Shown here piece after piece: positions 9,080 through 17,072 of a stretch of DNA of 64,000 nucleotides. The notes below the pieces were generated by a model, which saw only the letters and a list, made by a program, of their open reading frames with translations, had not been told where the DNA came from and searched no databases. The stretch comes from Pseudomonadota bacterium. GTDB lineage: Bacteria > Pseudomonadota > Gammaproteobacteria > Burkholderiales > JAJZQI01. The stretch spans positions 27,800-91,799 of the forward strand of contig JAJZQI010000007.1 of assembly GCA_021851875.1 (NCBI GenBank), written 5' to 3'. The position numbers and the translations under genes are program-made. Each line of letters starts with the position of its first letter. Position 1 is the first letter of the stretch.

Positions 9080-10572
9080 TGTCGCAACACGGCTGCGAGC
9101 ACGATCACGTTCCTGTTATCGGCAAAGCCGAGTTGGTGGCACAGTTGCTGCAGCTGTTGCCGGCTGACTGCGTGCTGTTTGAAGAGGAAGACCTGCGTCC
9201 ATACGAATGCGACGGCTTGTCCGCCTACCGGCAACTGCCCTGGGTGACTGTGCTGCCGCAGTCGGTGGGGCAGGTGCAGGCCGTCATGCGGCTGTGTCAT
9301 CAGCACCGGCTGCCAGTGGTGGCGCGCGGTGCCGGTACCGGCCTGTCCGGCGGCGCGCTGCCGCATCCCAATGGCGTGCTGCTGAGCCTCGCAAAACTGA
9401 AATCCATTCTGGCTATCGACACGCTGGCACGCACCGCACGGGTGCAGCCGGGCGTGCGCAACCTGGCTATTTCCCAGGCGGCGTCTCAATATGGTTTGTA
9501 TTACGCGCCCGATCCCTCGTCGCAAATCGCCTGCACCATCGGCGGCAATGTGGCGGAAAACTCCGGCGGCGTGCATTGCCTGAAATACGGCCTGACGGTG
9601 CACAACATCCTGCAGATCAAGCTGGTGACCATCGAGGGCGACCTGCTGGTGGTCGGCAGCGAAGCACTGGACAGCGCCGGCTACGATCTGCTGGCGCTGA
9701 TGACCGGTTCGGAAGGCATGCTGGGCGTGATTGTGGAAGTGACCGTGCGGCTTCTGCCGGTGCCGGAAAAAGCCAAGGTCATGCTGGCGGCGTTCGACGA
9801 CGTGGAAAAAGCCGGTGCCGCGGTGGGGGCGATCATCGCGGCCGGTGTCATCCCGGGCGGGCTGGAAATGATGGACAAGCTGTCCATCGGCGCGGCGGAA
9901 GATTTCGCCCATGCCGGCTACCCGCGCGACGCCGAAGCCATTTTGCTGTGCGAGCTGGATGGAACGTGCGAAGAAGTGGCCGAGCAGGTGGAGCAGGTGC
10001 AGGCCATTCTTAAAGACATCGGTGCCACCGAAGTGCGGCTGGCGCGCGACGAGCAGGAACGGGCGTTGTTGTGGAAAGGGCGCAAGTCGGCCTTCCCCGC
10101 CGTGGGTCGCCTGTCGCCCGACTACTATTGCATGGACGGGACGATACCGCGCCGTCACCTTCCTTTTGTCTTGCGCCGCATCGGCGAATTGTCGCAGCAA
10201 TACGGTCTGGCGGTGGCCAACGTGTTCCACGCCGGCGATGGCAATTTGCACCCGTTGATTCTGTACGATGCAAACAAACCGGGCGAGCTGGCGAATGCCG
10301 AAGAATTCGGCAGCAAGATTCTCGAGCTGTGCGTCGAGGTGGGCGGCAGCATCACCGGCGAGCACGGTGTGGGTATGGAAAAGATCAATCAGATGTGTGT
10401 GCAGTACGACAGTGCCGAGCTGACCCAGTTTCACGCCATCAAGCATGCCTTCGACCCGCAGGGCCTGCTCAATCCGGGCAAGGCCGTGCCGACCTTGCAC
10501 CGCTGCGCCGAATTCGGCGCCATGCATGTGCACGACGGCAAGCTGCCGTTTCCCGAGCTGGAGCGGTTCTGA
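9079..10572 (+). CDS. glcD: Glycolate oxidase FAD-linked subunit GlcD
   Basis: 497 aa. FAD-binding PCMH domain (VVARGAGTGLSGGALP) and C-terminal FAD-oxidase domain (GSITGEHGVGMEK). Confidence 0.9.
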   Translation: MSQHGCEHDHVPVIGKAELVAQLLQLLPADCVLFEEEDLRPYECDGLSAYRQLPWVTVLPQSVGQVQAVMRLCHQHRLPVVARGAGTGLSGGALPHPNGVLLSLAKLKSILAIDTLARTARVQPGVRNLAISQAASQYGLYYAPDPSSQIACTIGGNVAENSGGVHCLKYGLTVHNILQIKLVTIEGDLLVVGSEALDSAGYDLLALMTGSEGMLGVIVEVTVRLLPVPEKAKVMLAAFDDVEKAGAAVGAIIAAGVIPGGLEMMDKLSIGAAEDFAHAGYPRDAEAILLCELDGTCEEVAEQVEQVQAILKDIGATEVRLARDEQERALLWKGRKSAFPAVGRLSPDYYCMDGTIPRRHLPFVLRRIGELSQQYGLAVANVFHAGDGNLHPLILYDANKPGELANAEEFGSKILELCVEVGGSITGEHGVGMEKINQMCVQYDSAELTQFHAIKHAFDPQGLLNPGKAVPTLHRCAEFGAMHVHDGKLPFPELERF

Positions 10573-11642
10573 TGCCGGCAAACGATCTCACTGCTTCCCT
10601 GCAACAACAGGTACAGGCGGCTTATGCCGGCAAAACCCCGCTGAAAATCGTCGGCGGCAACAGCAAGGCGTTTTACGGCCGGCAAACCACAGGCGCTGAG
10701 TTAACTGTGCTGGATGTGTCCGGCCACAGCGGCATTAACAGCTACGAACCGACCGAACTGGTGTTGACGGCACGGGCCGGTACGCCGCTGGCAGAAATTG
10801 AAGCGGCGCTGGCGGAAAAAGGCCAGCTGCTGCCGTTCGAGCCGCCCCACTGGGGACCGAATGCCACACTGGGCGGTACCATCGCCTGCAATCTGTCCGG
10901 CCCGCGTCGCCCGTATGCCGGTTCGGCGCGCGATTTCGTGCTGGGCTGCCATGTGATCAACGGCAAGGGTGAGCTGCTGCATTTTGGCGGCGAAGTGATG
11001 AAAAACGTGGCCGGTTATGATGCCGCCCGCCTCATGGCGGGCGCACTGGGCACCCTGGGTGTGCTGCTGGACGTCAGCCTGAAAGTGCTGCCCGTGCCGC
11101 AGGACAAGCTCACCCTGGTGCAGCCGGCCACCTTGCCTGCTGCACTGGAACAGATGAATAAACTGGCTGGCCAACCGGTACCGCTGTCGGCTTCCGCCTG
11201 GGTGGACGGTTACCTGTATCTGCGCTTTGCCGGTGCAAAGAGCGCTGTAGCGGCCGTCAAACAGCGCGTGGCGGGCGATGTGCTGGTGGACGCGGCCACG
11301 TTCTGGCGCAGCCTGCGCGAACTGCAGCTGCCTTTCTTCGCCGAAGCCGCTTCTTTGTGGCGCATCGCCCTGCCGCAAACGGCCGATCAGCCGAAACTGC
11401 CGGGCGACTGGCTGCTGGAGTGGGGCGGGGCGCAACGCTGGCTGAAAACCGCTGCGTCGATCGAGCAGGTACGTGCCGCCGTGGCCGCACTCGGTGGTCA
11501 CGCTACCCTGCTGCATGGTGGTAGCGGCTCGGATGCTTTCCAGCCTTTGCCCGCCGGCCTCTGGCAGGCGCACCAACGGCTGAAGCAGGCCTTCGATCCG
11601 GCCGGTATTCTCAACCCCGGCCGCATGTACGAAGGCTTATAA
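10572..11642 (+). CDS. glcE: Glycolate oxidase FAD-binding subunit GlcE
   Basis: Track ORF 10071-11642 trimmed to ATG 10572, which overlaps the glcD stop (TGATG). Starts MPANDLTASLQQQVQAAYAGKTPLKIVGGNSKAFYG; 356 aa. Confidence 0.85.
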   Translation: MPANDLTASLQQQVQAAYAGKTPLKIVGGNSKAFYGRQTTGAELTVLDVSGHSGINSYEPTELVLTARAGTPLAEIEAALAEKGQLLPFEPPHWGPNATLGGTIACNLSGPRRPYAGSARDFVLGCHVINGKGELLHFGGEVMKNVAGYDAARLMAGALGTLGVLLDVSLKVLPVPQDKLTLVQPATLPAALEQMNKLAGQPVPLSASAWVDGYLYLRFAGAKSAVAAVKQRVAGDVLVDAATFWRSLRELQLPFFAEAASLWRIALPQTADQPKLPGDWLLEWGGAQRWLKTAASIEQVRAAVAALGGHATLLHGGSGSDAFQPLPAGLWQAHQRLKQAFDPAGILNPGRMYEGL

Positions 11643-11643
11643 G

Positions 11644-12852
11644 ATGCAAACGTCCCTGAGCGATGCATTCAAGAACACCGCTGCCGGTCAGGAAGCCGAT
11701 GCCATTCTGCGTTCCTGCGTGCATTGCGGTTTCTGTACCGCCACCTGTCCGACCTATCAGATCAAGGGCGACGAGCTGGACAGCCCGCGCGGACGCATTT
11801 ATCTGATCAAGCAGGTGCTGGAAGGGCAGCCGGCGACGGAAAAAACCCAGACCCATCTGGATCGCTGCCTCACCTGCCGTTCGTGCGAATCGACCTGCCC
11901 GTCGGGCGTGCAGTACGGCCACCTGGTCGACATCGGCCGTGCCGTGGTGGAACAGCAGGTTGGCCGTTCATTTAAAGAAAACCTACTACGTCGCGCCTTG
12001 CGCACCGTCATTCCTTATCGTAACCGCTTTGCGTCTTTGCTCAAGCTGGGGCGCCTCGCTGCACCCCTGTTGCCTGCCGCGTTGCGCGCCAAACTACCGC
12101 AGCCGCAGCAGGCCGGCGCCTGGCCTGTTACACGTCATGTCCGCACCATGCTGGCGCTGCAGGGTTGCGTGCAGCCGTCCGCCACACCGCTGACCAATGC
12201 CGCCGCGGCGCGCGTGCTGGACAGGCTCGGCATTACCCTGCTGGAAATCGGCGAAACGGGCTGCTGCGGTGCGCTAAGTCAGCACATGAGTGCGGCAGAG
12301 GAAGCGAAACATTTCGCCCGCCGCAATATCGACGCCTGGTGGCCGCATATCAAGGCGGGGGCGGAAGCCATTGTGGTGACGGCCAGCGGCTGCGGCGTGA
12401 CGGTAAAAGACTACGGCCACTTGTTGCACGAAGATGCTGCCTATGCGGCAAAGGCCGCGCGGGTATCGGCGCTGAGCCGCGATCTGGTGGAAATCCTGCT
12501 GCAGGAGGATCTGTCGCGCCTGCAGCCGGCCAAGGCCGGCCCCATTGCCGTGCATGCTCCTTGTACACTGCAGCACGGCCAGAAGTTGCCCAATGCGGTG
12601 GAGGCATTATTACAACGCACCGGGTTTACGCTTACCGGCGTGCCGGATGCCCATCTTTGTTGCGGTTCGGCCGGCACCTATTCGATTCTGCAGCCGGAGC
12701 TGTCGCAACAACTGCTGCATAACAAACTGGCGGCGCTTAACAGCGGCCAGCCCGAACAGATTGTCACCGCCAATGTCGGCTGCCAGATGCACCTGGCCAG
12801 CGGATCCGGCATTCCCGTACGCCACTGGATCGAATTGTTCGACCTCCGCTAA
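11644..12852 (+). CDS. glcF: Glycolate oxidase iron-sulfur subunit GlcF
   Basis: 402 aa. Two 4Fe-4S motifs (CVHCGFCTATCP and CLTCRSCESTCP) plus CCG domains. Confidence 0.9.
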   Translation: MQTSLSDAFKNTAAGQEADAILRSCVHCGFCTATCPTYQIKGDELDSPRGRIYLIKQVLEGQPATEKTQTHLDRCLTCRSCESTCPSGVQYGHLVDIGRAVVEQQVGRSFKENLLRRALRTVIPYRNRFASLLKLGRLAAPLLPAALRAKLPQPQQAGAWPVTRHVRTMLALQGCVQPSATPLTNAAAARVLDRLGITLLEIGETGCCGALSQHMSAAEEAKHFARRNIDAWWPHIKAGAEAIVVTASGCGVTVKDYGHLLHEDAAYAAKAARVSALSRDLVEILLQEDLSRLQPAKAGPIAVHAPCTLQHGQKLPNAVEALLQRTGFTLTGVPDAHLCCGSAGTYSILQPELSQQLLHNKLAALNSGQPEQIVTANVGCQMHLASGSGIPVRHWIELFDLR

Positions 12853-13097
12853 CCGCACCGAGTTGGCGCGGTAATATCACCCTTCGCTCATATTGGTGCG
12901 GCAGTGTGTGCTTGCGCACACAATTGGCCCTCCGACATCAAACTGCAATCCACCTTCAATAATATCGTTTGGCTATAGTAGGCTGATACTGCTGCGCCAT
13001 GGTCATTTAATTATGCTTTTAAATTATTGATTTATAATGACTAATTATTTTATGCTTGCATGTTCCCATTCGGTTTGCGCGTGCAGCGCAGCAATCA

Positions 13098-13113
13098 TGG
13101 CACGGACCATGCT
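13098..13113 (+). promoter_or_regulatory. Sigma-54-type -24/-12 promoter (candidate)
   Basis: TGGCAC-GGACC-ATGCT has GG-N10-GC spacing. It has the same architecture as the elements at 13356 and 40228(-). Predicted TSS is near 13124. Confidence 0.4.
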
Positions 13114-13123
13114 TTATACCAAT

Positions 13124-13243
13124 TTGAAATTTGCAATGTCTTGAATTTGTCAGTGCGACGTTTCTGTACATTCCAGACAAGGCAGTTTTGCATTGAACCT
13201 CCTCAGTGTGTGTTTTCGGGCGACTTCGGTCGCCCCTTTTTTT
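13124..13243 (+). ncRNA. Candidate ~120-nt small RNA between a sigma-54-type promoter and an intrinsic terminator
   Basis: Bounded by the -24/-12 element at 13098-13113 and the terminator at 13218-13243. AT-rich body with three AATTTG repeats and an ACCUCCUCA (anti-Shine-Dalgarno-like) stretch at 13197-13205. No credible ORF. Confidence 0.35.
13218..13243 (+). terminator. Rho-independent terminator
   Basis: GGGCGAC-TTCG-GTCGCCC stem-loop followed by C and T7. Confidence 0.8.
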
Positions 13244-13264
13244 GACTGATCAAGAATGAAAATA

Positions 13265-13281
13265 CGCACTTCATTGGTGCG
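13265..13281. promoter_or_regulatory. NtrC-like enhancer dyad
   Basis: cGCACTTCATTGGTGCg matches the TGCACC-N5-GGTGCA type dyad. It is centred about 90 bp upstream of the 13356 -24/-12 element. Confidence 0.4.
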
Positions 13282-13355
13282 AAAATAGGGTTTTTCTTAA
13301 CGCACTGTAATGCCGCTGTGCTACATAATTATTGATAATCATATTGTTGTGTGTT

Positions 13356-13371
13356 TGGCATAAACAATGCT
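13356..13371 (+). promoter_or_regulatory. Sigma-54-type -24/-12 promoter of the guanidine operon (candidate)
   Basis: TGGCAT-AAACA-ATGCT (GG-N10-GC). The predicted TSS near 13382 coincides with the first nucleotides of the riboswitch leader. Confidence 0.5.
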
Positions 13372-13382
13372 TTAAGCTTATT

Positions 13383-13535
13383 CAGAGAGGCGCCGATGGG
13401 TGCCTTAGGTCGGCTAGGGTTCCGGTTTCGCACAGAAACGACTGGTCCGAGAGCTGGCCGGTTCCGCTGATGCAGGCGGGGCTCCACGGAGGGACAAAAG
13501 CCCGGGAGATTGCTGAACGGCCTCTCTCGTTTCCG
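13383..13535 (+). promoter_or_regulatory. ykkC / guanidine-I riboswitch (aptamer ~13405-13509 plus hairpin platform)
   Basis: Carries the conserved blocks GCUAGGGUUCCGG (13413-), GGUCCGAGAG (13444-) and ACGGAGGGACAAAAGCCCGGGAGA (13486-13509). The P1 strands GGUCGGC/GCUGGCC pair. Downstream UCUCUCG-UUU (13523-13532) can pair with the aptamer 3' strand CGGGAGA. Gene context is the carboxylase operon. Confidence 0.9.
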
Positions 13536-13634
13536 GACGGTAGCCTTGCTGCATATCCTATTGCCTGCATGTTCGCCTGCCTGTTCGGAAGCCAGATAGA
13601 AACTGGATGATTCAACAGATCAGGATGACAAACC

Positions 13635-14456
13635 ATGCGACGAAAAAGTCCCCAACGCTCTGCCCGGCCAGGCATATGGTCAATCCGCGGGCCGATGAGC
13701 CGGCGCCAGTATTGGGGTTTTGCCCTGGTCGGTTTGCTGCTGCCGCTGCTCGGCTGGTGGCTGCTGTCTCATATGGGAACCGATGACAGTGTGTTCATGC
13801 CCAGCCCGCTGGATGTGTTTCGCCGGCTGATCCAGTGGTATCAGGAAGACGATCTGCTGGCCGATATGTGGATCAGTATTTACCGTGTGACAGCGGGTTT
13901 CTTGTTGTCGGCACTGATCGCGCTGCCGCTGGGCTTGCTGATCGGCACCTTCCGTCCGGTGCAGGCCATGCTGGAGCCGCTGACCGATTTCATCCGCTAC
14001 ATGCCGGCCGTGGCTTTCATTCCGCTGGTGATGCTGTGGATAGGCATCGACGAGTCGTCCAAGATCGCCATCATCTGGATCGGCACCTTTTTTCAGATGG
14101 TGCTGATGATGGCCGAAGACGTGCGTCGTGTGCCGTTGGCGCAGATCGAGGCGGCTCAGACCATGGGTGCGACCCGTAGCGAGATCATCCAGCGGGTGAT
14201 TTTCCAGTCGGCCAAGCCGGCGCTGCTGGATACCCTGCGCGTCACCATGGGTTGGGCCTGGACCTATCTGGTGGTGGCCGAGTTGGTGGCGGCTAATTCC
14301 GGGCTGGGTTACTCCATTCTGAAAGCCCAGCGTTTCCTGCAAACCGACAAGATTTTCGTCGGCATCATCCTCATCGGCCTGATCGGGCTGGTGATGGATC
14401 AGCTGTTCCGTTTCGCCCACCGCAAAGCCTTTCCCTGGCTTTACCTGAGGAAGTGA
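13635..14456 (+). CDS. ABC transporter permease (NitT/TauT nitrate/sulfonate/taurine family)
   Basis: 273 aa with multiple TM helices. EAA-like loop ...EAAQTMGATRSEIIQRVIFQSAKPALLDTL. AGGA lies 9 nt upstream of ATG 13635; an alternative start at 13695 lacks an SD. Confidence 0.85.
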   Translation: MRRKSPQRSARPGIWSIRGPMSRRQYWGFALVGLLLPLLGWWLLSHMGTDDSVFMPSPLDVFRRLIQWYQEDDLLADMWISIYRVTAGFLLSALIALPLGLLIGTFRPVQAMLEPLTDFIRYMPAVAFIPLVMLWIGIDESSKIAIIWIGTFFQMVLMMAEDVRRVPLAQIEAAQTMGATRSEIIQRVIFQSAKPALLDTLRVTMGWAWTYLVVAELVAANSGLGYSILKAQRFLQTDKIFVGIILIGLIGLVMDQLFRFAHRKAFPWLYLRK

Positions 14457-14458
14457 TC

Positions 14459-15292
14459 ATGACCACAAAAATCGAAATCAAACAGGTCGGCAAGGTATTC
14501 GGCGAAGGCAAGCAAGCTGTCGAGGCGCTCAAGGACATCAATCTGACCATAGCCGACAACGAATTTGTCACCTTCGTCGGCGCCTCCGGCTGCGGTAAAT
14601 CCACTCTGCTGCGCATTATCGGCGGCTTGGAATACCACACGGCGGGTGAAGTGCTGGCTTCCGGCGAGCCGGTGTATGGTCCGGGTGCCGATCGTGCCAT
14701 GGTGTTCCAGCACTACAGCTTGTATCCCTGGCTGAAAGTGATGGAAAACATCAAATTCAGCCGGCAGCTGAAACATGGCAGGGAGGAACTCACCTCCAGC
14801 GAGGTGGAGAAGGCATCCGGCCGGGCTGATGCGCTGCTGGCGCTGATGGGCTTGCAGGCAGCGGCCAATGCCTATCCCAATCAGCTGTCGGGCGGCATGC
14901 AGCAGCGTGTGGCGATTGCCCGTGCGCTGATGGGGCGGCCGGAGATTCTGCTGATGGACGAGCCGTTCGGCGCATTGGATGCGCAAACCCGTGAAGTGAT
15001 GCACGACCTGATTCTGCACGTGCACAAGCTGGAAAAAGCCACCATCGTGTTTGTAACCCACGATGTGGAAGAAGCCATTTACCTCGGTCAGCGCGTGGTG
15101 TTGATGGCGCCGCGCCCCGGGCGTATCGACACCATTTACGATGTACCGTTGCCGGCCCAGCGCGATCAGGACATGAAGCATTCGCCGGAATTCCTGGCGC
15201 TGAAAAAGGAAATCCTGGCACGCATTCGCGATACATCCGGCATGCGCACCGACCAGAGCATGCTGGAACAACTGAATATGGAACAGGCCTGA
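14459..15292 (+). CDS. ABC transporter ATP-binding protein
   Basis: Walker A GASGCGKST, signature LSGGMQQR, Walker B ILLMDEP. Start moved from GTG 14453 to ATG 14459 (GAGGAAG upstream). Confidence 0.9.
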   Translation: MTTKIEIKQVGKVFGEGKQAVEALKDINLTIADNEFVTFVGASGCGKSTLLRIIGGLEYHTAGEVLASGEPVYGPGADRAMVFQHYSLYPWLKVMENIKFSRQLKHGREELTSSEVEKASGRADALLALMGLQAAANAYPNQLSGGMQQRVAIARALMGRPEILLMDEPFGALDAQTREVMHDLILHVHKLEKATIVFVTHDVEEAIYLGQRVVLMAPRPGRIDTIYDVPLPAQRDQDMKHSPEFLALKKEILARIRDTSGMRTDQSMLEQLNMEQA

Positions 15293-15320
15293 GCCTGACA
15301 AGAAGACGGAGAGTTAAATC

Positions 15321-16058
15321 ATGAGCGAAAGCCCTTTCAATATCGACCCCCACCTGGTTTTGTGGGAAGAGGACGTGCCGGCAGGCACGCACTGGAGTGG
15401 CATCATCCGCCGCGGTACCACCCTGCGTCTGATCGACCTGGACGGCGGGGCCAACATTTCCACGGTGTTCTACAACGCCGATGAAAAGCTGGAACGCTAC
15501 AACATGCCGGATACCCTGAAGGCCCAGCACATCGCCTACCTGACCGTCGGCCGGGTGCTTTATTCCGACATGGGGCGGGTGTTGTGTTCCGTGACGGCCG
15601 ATACTTGCGGCTGGCACGACACCCTCAGCGGCATGACCGATGCAGCGCAGATTCGCGCGAAATACGGCGATGCCCCGTACCAGGCCCAGCACAACGCCAT
15701 GTACCGCAACGCCAGGGACAGTCTGCTGATCGAGGTGGGTAAATACGGCCTGGGCAAGCGCGATCTGATGGCCAATGCTAATTTCTTCAGCAAGGTGATG
15801 GTGGAAGACGACGGCAGCATGCGTTATGTGGCGGGCAACTCCAAGGCCGGCGACTACATCGACCTGCGTTGCGACATGAACGTGCTGGTGGCGCTGTCGA
15901 GCAACCCGCATCCGCTTGATGCCAATCCGCAATACACCCCGAAGCCGCTCAAACTGATCGCCTGGCATTCCGGCACCGCCGGTCCCGACGACCAGTGCCG
16001 CAATGCCTGCGCCGAAAACCAGCGCGGCTTTGCCAATACCGAACGTCTGTTTCGCTAG
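15321..16058 (+). CDS. Urea-carboxylase-associated family protein 1 (DUF1989; carboxyguanidine deiminase subunit-like)
   Basis: 245 aa. Paralogous to the 16355 gene (shared ...DTLKAQHIAYLTVG / [14 protein letters not shown] and ADTCG.HDTL blocks). Sits in the canonical position upstream of the carboxylase. Confidence 0.85.
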   Translation: MSESPFNIDPHLVLWEEDVPAGTHWSGIIRRGTTLRLIDLDGGANISTVFYNADEKLERYNMPDTLKAQHIAYLTVGRVLYSDMGRVLCSVTADTCGWHDTLSGMTDAAQIRAKYGDAPYQAQHNAMYRNARDSLLIEVGKYGLGKRDLMANANFFSKVMVEDDGSMRYVAGNSKAGDYIDLRCDMNVLVALSSNPHPLDANPQYTPKPLKLIAWHSGTAGPDDQCRNACAENQRGFANTERLFR

Positions 16059-16064
16059 GATGCA

Positions 16065-16342
16065 GGGCGTGTTAACACTTACTTCACGCCTGCGTTGCAT
16101 CAAAGAGGCGACAGATGCAAGGCGTACTGAATATATCGGGCGCAGGGAAGGGTTATTCCCTGCACCAGCCAGGCAACGCGGCAGCTGCGCCTCTTTGATG
16201 CAACCCTACGGGACGGGGGTGAATTGGGCACCCCCCTTTGTCGCAAGCCGCTTGCAGTGGCCTGCAATGCAGCGCGTCTTGCTTCGCGGGCGGTATCCCA
16301 ATTGACCCCCGTCGCAGACGCGAAATAAGTGTTAACACGCCC
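16065..16342. repeat. MITE-like element with 17-bp perfect terminal inverted repeats, inserted between two operon genes
   Basis: GGGCGTGTTAACACTTA (16065-16081) is the exact reverse complement of 16326-16342. The arms extend imperfectly for about 30 bp. Internal inverted repeat TTGCATCAAAGAGGCG / CGCCTCTTTGATGCAA. Starts 6 nt after the upstream stop and ends 12 nt before the next ATG. Confidence 0.6.
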
Positions 16343-16354
16343 CAGGAGTAAAAA

Positions 16355-16996
16355 ATGATCGTCGAAAGCAAACTCAATCCGCAAAATGCCGTGTATGACT
16401 ATGTGTTGCCGGCCGGCGAAGCCTGGTTGCATGAAGTGAAAAAGGGCCAAATCTTCCGCATTCTCGATCTGGAAGGAAACCAGGCGGTCGACACCCTGTT
16501 CTACAGCACGCAGGATCCGGAAGAACGCTACAGCGCGGTAGACACCATCCGCGCGCAGGGCAATATCTATCTCACCGCCGGCACCAAACTGCTGTCGACT
16601 GAAGGCAATGTGCTGGTGACCATCGTGGCCGATACCTGCGGTCGCCACGACACCCTGGGCGGTGCCTGCGCGGCGGAGAGCAATACCGTGCGCTACGCAT
16701 TGAACAAGCGCCACATGCACAGCTGCCGTGACAGCTTTTTGCATGCGCTCGGCCACTGCGGCTGCGACATGACCAAGCGCGACATCACCCACAACGTTAA
16801 CTTCTTCATGAACGTGCCGGTGACCCCAAACGGTGAACTGACTTTTGCCGACGGGATTTCCGCGCCGGGCAAATATGTGGAAATGAAAGCGGAAATGGAT
16901 GTCACCGTGTTGATTTCCAATTGCCCGCAGCTCAACAACCCTTGCAATGCCTACAACCCGACGCCGGTACGCTTGTCGGTGTGGAACAGCAACTGA
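16355..16996 (+). CDS. Urea-carboxylase-associated family protein 2 (DUF1989; carboxyguanidine deiminase subunit-like)
   Basis: 213 aa. DUF1989 paralogue of the 15321 gene. AGGAG SD at 16345. Confidence 0.85.
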   Translation: MIVESKLNPQNAVYDYVLPAGEAWLHEVKKGQIFRILDLEGNQAVDTLFYSTQDPEERYSAVDTIRAQGNIYLTAGTKLLSTEGNVLVTIVADTCGRHDTLGGACAAESNTVRYALNKRHMHSCRDSFLHALGHCGCDMTKRDITHNVNFFMNVPVTPNGELTFADGISAPGKYVEMKAEMDVTVLISNCPQLNNPCNAYNPTPVRLSVWNSN

Positions 16997-17072
16997 GAAA
17001 ACCATAACGAACACCTGCTGCGGGACGGCCCCGGCAGTACAGACAGGCGGGACGACCCGCGGGACACACACT

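Noticed and set aside
10071-10571. Upstream extensions of several track ORFs: glcE 10071, carboxylase 16947, allophanate hydrolase 20638, hemF 46112, GST 50850, jetC 31178, VanZ 52806.
   Set aside because: The extensions overlap the preceding gene. The conserved family N-termini begin at internal starts with an SD or stop-start overlap, so coordinates were trimmed accordingly.
13033-13038. TATAAT hexamer as a sigma-70 promoter for the candidate sRNA.
   Set aside because: No acceptable -35 lies at 16-18 bp spacing. This is an AT-rich stretch where such hexamers arise by chance. The -24/-12 element at 13098 fits better, though neither has been tested experimentally.
13060-13245. 61-aa ORF in the glcF / riboswitch intergenic region.
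   Set aside because: It reads through the stem and T-tract of an intrinsic terminator, has no SD and has atypical composition. The region is better explained as non-coding (the candidate sRNA).
13405-13509. Possibility that the two ykkC aptamers are subtype 2 (ppGpp, PRPP or nucleotide-sensing) rather than guanidine-sensing.
   Set aside because: Both copies keep the ACGG-A-GGGA-CAAAA-RCCCGGGAGA 3' block that I associate with subtype 1. Both sit in front of canonical guanidine carboxylase pathway or transporter genes. A covariance-model and pocket-position check is still advisable.
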